Source of the DNA: Bdellovibrionales bacterium
GTDB taxonomy: Bacteria; Bdellovibrionota; Bdellovibrionia; Bdellovibrionales; JAMPXM01
Length of the DNA stretch: 42,641 bases
Assembly: GCA_043739185.1 (NCBI GenBank)
Contig: JAYUEN010000234.1
Coordinates: 1-42,641, forward strand
Direction: 5' to 3'
In this document: piece by piece, positions 39,537 to 42,641 of the stretch
Layout of the letters: every line of letters begins with the position of its first letter
How positions within the stretch are numbered: the stretch's first letter is position 1
Position numbers and translations under genes: made by a program
The notes under the pieces: generated by a model
What the model was told of the DNA's origin: nothing
The model's database searches: none
What the model saw: only the letters and a program-made list of their open reading frames with translations

Positions 39537-40387
39537 TCCTGATCTCGCCTCGATGGAAATATTTTTTGAAGTCCGCTCAAAAATCCATCAAAGGCCTCGT
39601 CGAATGTTGGCGGATCTTTAAGTGAAGAAGTCGCACCCTTCCAACCCTGTATCAAAAGACTTTTGTCAATTTTCGAAAGAAGTTTAACAGGATCCGACGG
39701 AAGAGCGGTGCCACGAAAATCAAAACATCGATTCATTGCCTGTTTAAGTGTCTCGGCATCAGCTTTTGAAATATAGAAGAAAAGGTCGAAGATATCTTTT
39801 GCTCGCGAATTATCTGCTCCGCGATCAAACAGCGTCTGTAACTTCTCAGCGAGAATGGTTTCAATCGGGTAAACCTGCCAACTCAATTCCCCGTCTCCGA
39901 TTAATTCAGATGTTTTCATTTTGACAGGCCCTGGAGTAACCGGATCGCCAATCCCAAGATCGAAATTAATGATTTGGCTACGTCTGATATCTTTGGGTTG
40001 CTCACCAATTCCAGCTCTAAATATTTGGCGGATTCCGCCATATTCACCTTGTGTTTTGAGATCAACTTGCGACTCTAGTGCAAACCAAGCTCCATCATCT
40101 ATGTCCGACGCAATTACTTTAGCAGTTTTTTTCATTGTCGCCGCCACATCGGCTTGAACCAAGAGAGCATCGAGATCAATGGTATAGCGGGCAGAATTGT
40201 AAACACGAAGGCCAACATACCCACCTTTGAACACTAAACACTTTGCTAGATCTTGATTAAGAATAAGCCTTGCAAGAAGTCTTTCTAGCAAAAATGACGT
40301 TGCAATACTTTGATAACTGACTCCCGCTTGACGCGAGAGTTTTGAAAGCTTTGTTGAGATTGATTTGGCTTGATCCGCTTTACTCAT
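39533..40387 (-). CDS. abiEii: AbiEii/AbiGii-family nucleotidyltransferase toxin
   Basis: LVFKGG, RYTIDLD, YPIETILAEK, NSRAKDIFDL. ATG 40387 overlaps the abiEi stop (ATGA). Confidence 0.9.
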   Translation of the reverse strand: MSKADQAKSISTKLSKLSRQAGVSYQSIATSFLLERLLARLILNQDLAKCLVFKGGYVGLRVYNSARYTIDLDALLVQADVAATMKKTAKVIASDIDDGAWFALESQVDLKTQGEYGGIRQIFRAGIGEQPKDIRRSQIINFDLGIGDPVTPGPVKMKTSELIGDGELSWQVYPIETILAEKLQTLFDRGADNSRAKDIFDLFFYISKADAETLKQAMNRCFDFRGTALPSDPVKLLSKIDKSLLIQGWKGATSSLKDPPTFDEAFDGFLSGLQKIFPSRRDQE

Positions 40388-40965
40388 GTAACAATGGCTT
40401 CCCAATACTTTTGAAGTACTGATTGCAGCTTCAGCTTCTTCGCCATCTCACCAAGTTTTTTCTCCGTCGTAAGCCCCTCTTGAAGTGCTTTGCGAGCTGC
40501 ATTGATTGCCACTCTAGGTCCAATCTTGACCGCGAACTTGAGTGCCTCAATGACGGTGCGCTCAATGTTGGTAATGCGATAAAACCTAAAAATATCGATC
40601 CCATATTTCGGTGTCGTTTTTGTACGTAAATTTCTATAAAGTCGATTTCTGTCTGCTTTACTTGGTGGAACGACCAGCCAAACTTGAGCGGGAGGCTGTT
40701 CAATAAGTCTGTAGTGATAAAGTGCAGATAGACCGCCGATCGCCGATTTGAGGCCAAACTTAGCGCAGGCGATCGCGAAATCGAGTTCCTCCGGTGGAAT
40801 CGCATAATCAGGATGAACATAGAAGCCGTGACTTAAACGCAGAATTTCTGAATTTTTTGTCCAACGAGATAGTGTTGGTTGAGATATTCCCAACTTCTCT
40901 TGGAGCTGATGAGCGGTTACTATGCCGAGCTTCTTAACATCTTGTGGGTCTGCTTTGGTCGCCAT
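40384..40965 (-). CDS. abiEi: AbiEi-family type IV TA antitoxin / transcriptional regulator
   Basis: N-terminal wHTH (GISQPTLSRW...ILRLSHGFY), SALYHYRL, ITNIERTVIE; directly upstream of abiEii. Confidence 0.9.
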   Translation of the reverse strand: MATKADPQDVKKLGIVTAHQLQEKLGISQPTLSRWTKNSEILRLSHGFYVHPDYAIPPEELDFAIACAKFGLKSAIGGLSALYHYRLIEQPPAQVWLVVPPSKADRNRLYRNLRTKTTPKYGIDIFRFYRITNIERTVIEALKFAVKIGPRVAINAARKALQEGLTTEKKLGEMAKKLKLQSVLQKYWEAIVT

Positions 40966-40971
40966 TACACA

Positions 40972-41016
40972 ACTATGAATGAATTTACCATTTTGTCAAT
41001 AAAATGTTAAATTCAT
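40972..41016 (-). promoter_or_regulatory. abiE promoter with a 16-bp inverted-repeat operator centred on the -35 box
   Basis: ATGAATTTACCATTTT(40979-94)-GTCAAT-AAAATGTTAAATTCAT(41001-16), 15/16 match. Minus strand reads TTGACA-N16-CATAGT-N6-ATG. Confidence 0.75.
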
Positions 41017-41449
41017 CTTCTAACGGAGATTGGACCAAGGGGAATTACAGTCTGTCTATGCTGACGCTTTGAAATGTAGCCTCAGCTTAGCTACGGACCC
41101 ATTTCTAAAATTAACGTAGAACGAGGAGAATTCTATGCCCATCCTAATCGAGAGAAATTGAAGTGATTTGGCCAAGAAATCGAAAAATGCCATCAAAATC
41201 TTGAGGTGCCCCATAAGCAGTTGAAAGGCTGCGACAATTTAAGAAATGGACTAAAAAAGTGGCCAACTTTGCCTATCTTATGAAGAGACAAATTTTTAAA
41301 ATTAGATCTTCTAAGTCGGAATTTAAATCAGAGATTGGCCAAGCCCCTAAATGAAATATTGGATTAAGACCTGTTTAACATTCAGGTTGTTGCGATGAAG
41401 CTAGTAGTCCATGCGAGTCTTTAGGAAAAACACCATGTATATTTTTTAC

Positions 41450-41483
41450 TTCAAATTTCTTGAAAGTCTTCAGGAAATTTGAA
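41450..41483. repeat. 15-bp inverted repeat upstream of the relaxase-like gene
   Basis: TTCAAATTTCTTGAA-AGTC-TTCAGGAAATTTGAA, 14/15 match. Confidence 0.55.
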
Positions 41484-41688
41484 ATCAATTAACCTCGCGA
41501 AACAATTGAGTTGTCATTTTTTTCTTTCAAATTATTTGAAACTTTTAGAAGCATCCAAATTAGCTGAGTTCTCATAATTGTGTAGTTGAATTCAAAACTT
41601 AGGTCACTTTTCACAAGCTGATGGCATCACTTGCAATTATAAAAAGTTGTGTCGCAAGTTTCTGTGACACTAAGTTAGGGGGATATTT

Positions 41689-42405
41689 ATGAAGCCATAC
41701 GATCCAAGTGCCGAAATACATCTTGCGGTCAGGTGCGGATTTTTATCGAAAGAACTTTGGAATGAGTTCTTTGCTAAGGGTAAACCGCGATGGCGACGCC
41801 ATGTCTGGACTCGATTCGTTAGTAGTGGGCTATTCAAGACCCACTATTCGAAGAGAGCTACTGACGTGATTATACCGAATTTTGATCATCCGTTGGTCAA
41901 AAGAATTTCTGGCGGAGAGATTACTCATGCGCCAAATACCGCTCAGATTGATCATGATGAAATTGTGGTAAGAAGCTTTTTAGTTTTAGAGAGAGATCAG
42001 ATAATTTTTAGTGCTAAGTTTGAAGCCGAACTAAAAAGGGAGGATCTCAGGTCTCTACGCCGTTACAATTCGTCAGATAAAACCAAATATCCAGACCTCG
42101 TCATCGAAGTCCAAGGCGAATCTGAACCCAAAAAAATTGCAATCGAGCTGGAACTATCGCGCAAGGAACCAAAACGTTATAGACAGATGATGAATACTTA
42201 TATGACATCAAAACAATTTTCATCGGTCATTTTTATTACTGAACTTGAGACTATTAGAACCTCAATCAAGAAAGCAATAAGAGATACTTTTTATCCATAC
42301 TGGGAGCGTCCTGTCGGATTTGTAGATCTTAAAGAATGGATCAAAGATCCAAGTGCGGCGGCAATCTCCGTCGGTGATAAGGTTACAAGCTTTGACAGTC
42401 TTTAA
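41689..42405 (+). CDS. MOBC-type relaxase / replication-relaxation family protein
   Basis: wHTH-like N-terminus, HD, then PD-x16-ELELSRKEPKRY, which matches the MOBC signature D-x(6-17)-E-x-E-[RL]-x2-K-x3-R-Y. GGGGG RBS. Confidence 0.75.
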   Translation: MKPYDPSAEIHLAVRCGFLSKELWNEFFAKGKPRWRRHVWTRFVSSGLFKTHYSKRATDVIIPNFDHPLVKRISGGEITHAPNTAQIDHDEIVVRSFLVLERDQIIFSAKFEAELKREDLRSLRRYNSSDKTKYPDLVIEVQGESEPKKIAIELELSRKEPKRYRQMMNTYMTSKQFSSVIFITELETIRTSIKKAIRDTFYPYWERPVGFVDLKEWIKDPSAAAISVGDKVTSFDSL

Positions 42406-42531
42406 GCCAATATTAGCGAAAGTGGGCTGACTCAATATCGCGCCGGGGTTCTGCCAAAGCGGCGTGATGTTTTAAAAAATTCGGCACAATTGAAAATTTC
42501 AAATCGAGAAAAATATAAACCACTTACCCGC

Positions 42532-42633
42532 CGCCGCCCTCAAAATCATTGCCCCCTGATCGCAGGAGACCACTCCCACCCTACGAATGGTTGGAAGTGG
42601 TCTCCTGCTGGTGGCAAAAAATTGAGGGCGGCG
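42532..42633. repeat. Long GC-rich imperfect inverted repeat (candidate oriT or single-strand origin)
   Basis: Perfect nested arms CGCCGCCCTCAA/TTGAGGGCGGCG (12 bp) and GCAGGAGACCACT/AGTGGTCTCCTGC (13 bp), plus TTGCC/GGCAA. Confidence 0.75.
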
Positions 42634-42641
42634 AGGGGAAC

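Larger units (their letters stand above)
34967..42641. mobile_element. Putative tRNA-Pro-anchored integrative/mobilisable island (left part; continues beyond the window)
   Basis: Abrupt switch after the tRNA from housekeeping genes to nuclease, TA, helicase and relaxase genes; phased direct repeats near the junction. No integrase or second att copy is visible in the window. Confidence 0.7.

Noticed and set aside
40388..40405. Track start of AbiEii at 40405 (MGSHCY extension)
   Set aside because: ATG 40387 gives a canonical ATGA coupling with the abiEi stop; the extension lies inside abiEi.
41121..41161. GAGGAG followed by ATG (MPILIERN*)
   Set aside because: Only 8 codons; cannot be distinguished from chance or a decayed gene.
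34967..42641. Prophage or IS element interpretation of the island
   Set aside because: No structural phage genes, transposase or integrase motifs are visible in the window.

Overview
The window has two parts. Bases 1 to ~34,970 are chromosomal backbone whose gene order suggests a Bdellovibrionota/deltaproteobacterial-type organism (inference): a partial RND transporter divergent from a TolC-family gene, a beta-barrel porin, a secreted PLD-family nuclease, the type IV pilus operon pilB-pilT-pilC-pilS-pilR preceded by ribF and a degenerate aroE-like gene, a CHASE2 kinase with a sigma54 response regulator, two GT9 glycosyltransferases, a lipid A cluster (skp-fabZ-lpxA-gnnA-like-lpxB-lpxK-lpxL-like-DUF3108), an orphan beta-barrel plus 1,327-aa lipoprotein pair, and tRNA-Pro(GGG). 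From ~34,970 to the end is a putative tRNA-anchored integrative, mobilisable island. It carries phased direct repeats, a 33-aa hydrophobic ORF, a zinc-ribbon-repeat PD-(D/E)XK nuclease, a translationally coupled abiEi-abiEii-AEP primase/SF2 helicase operon with an operator-like inverted repeat, and a MOBC-signature relaxase followed by a ~100-nt inverted repeat. The best candidates for undescribed systems are the three-gene AbiE + primase-helicase operon and the beta-barrel + giant lipoprotein pair, which has a pore-forming-toxin-like Ser/Thr-rich hairpin. All family calls come from motif recognition by eye; no database searches were run.
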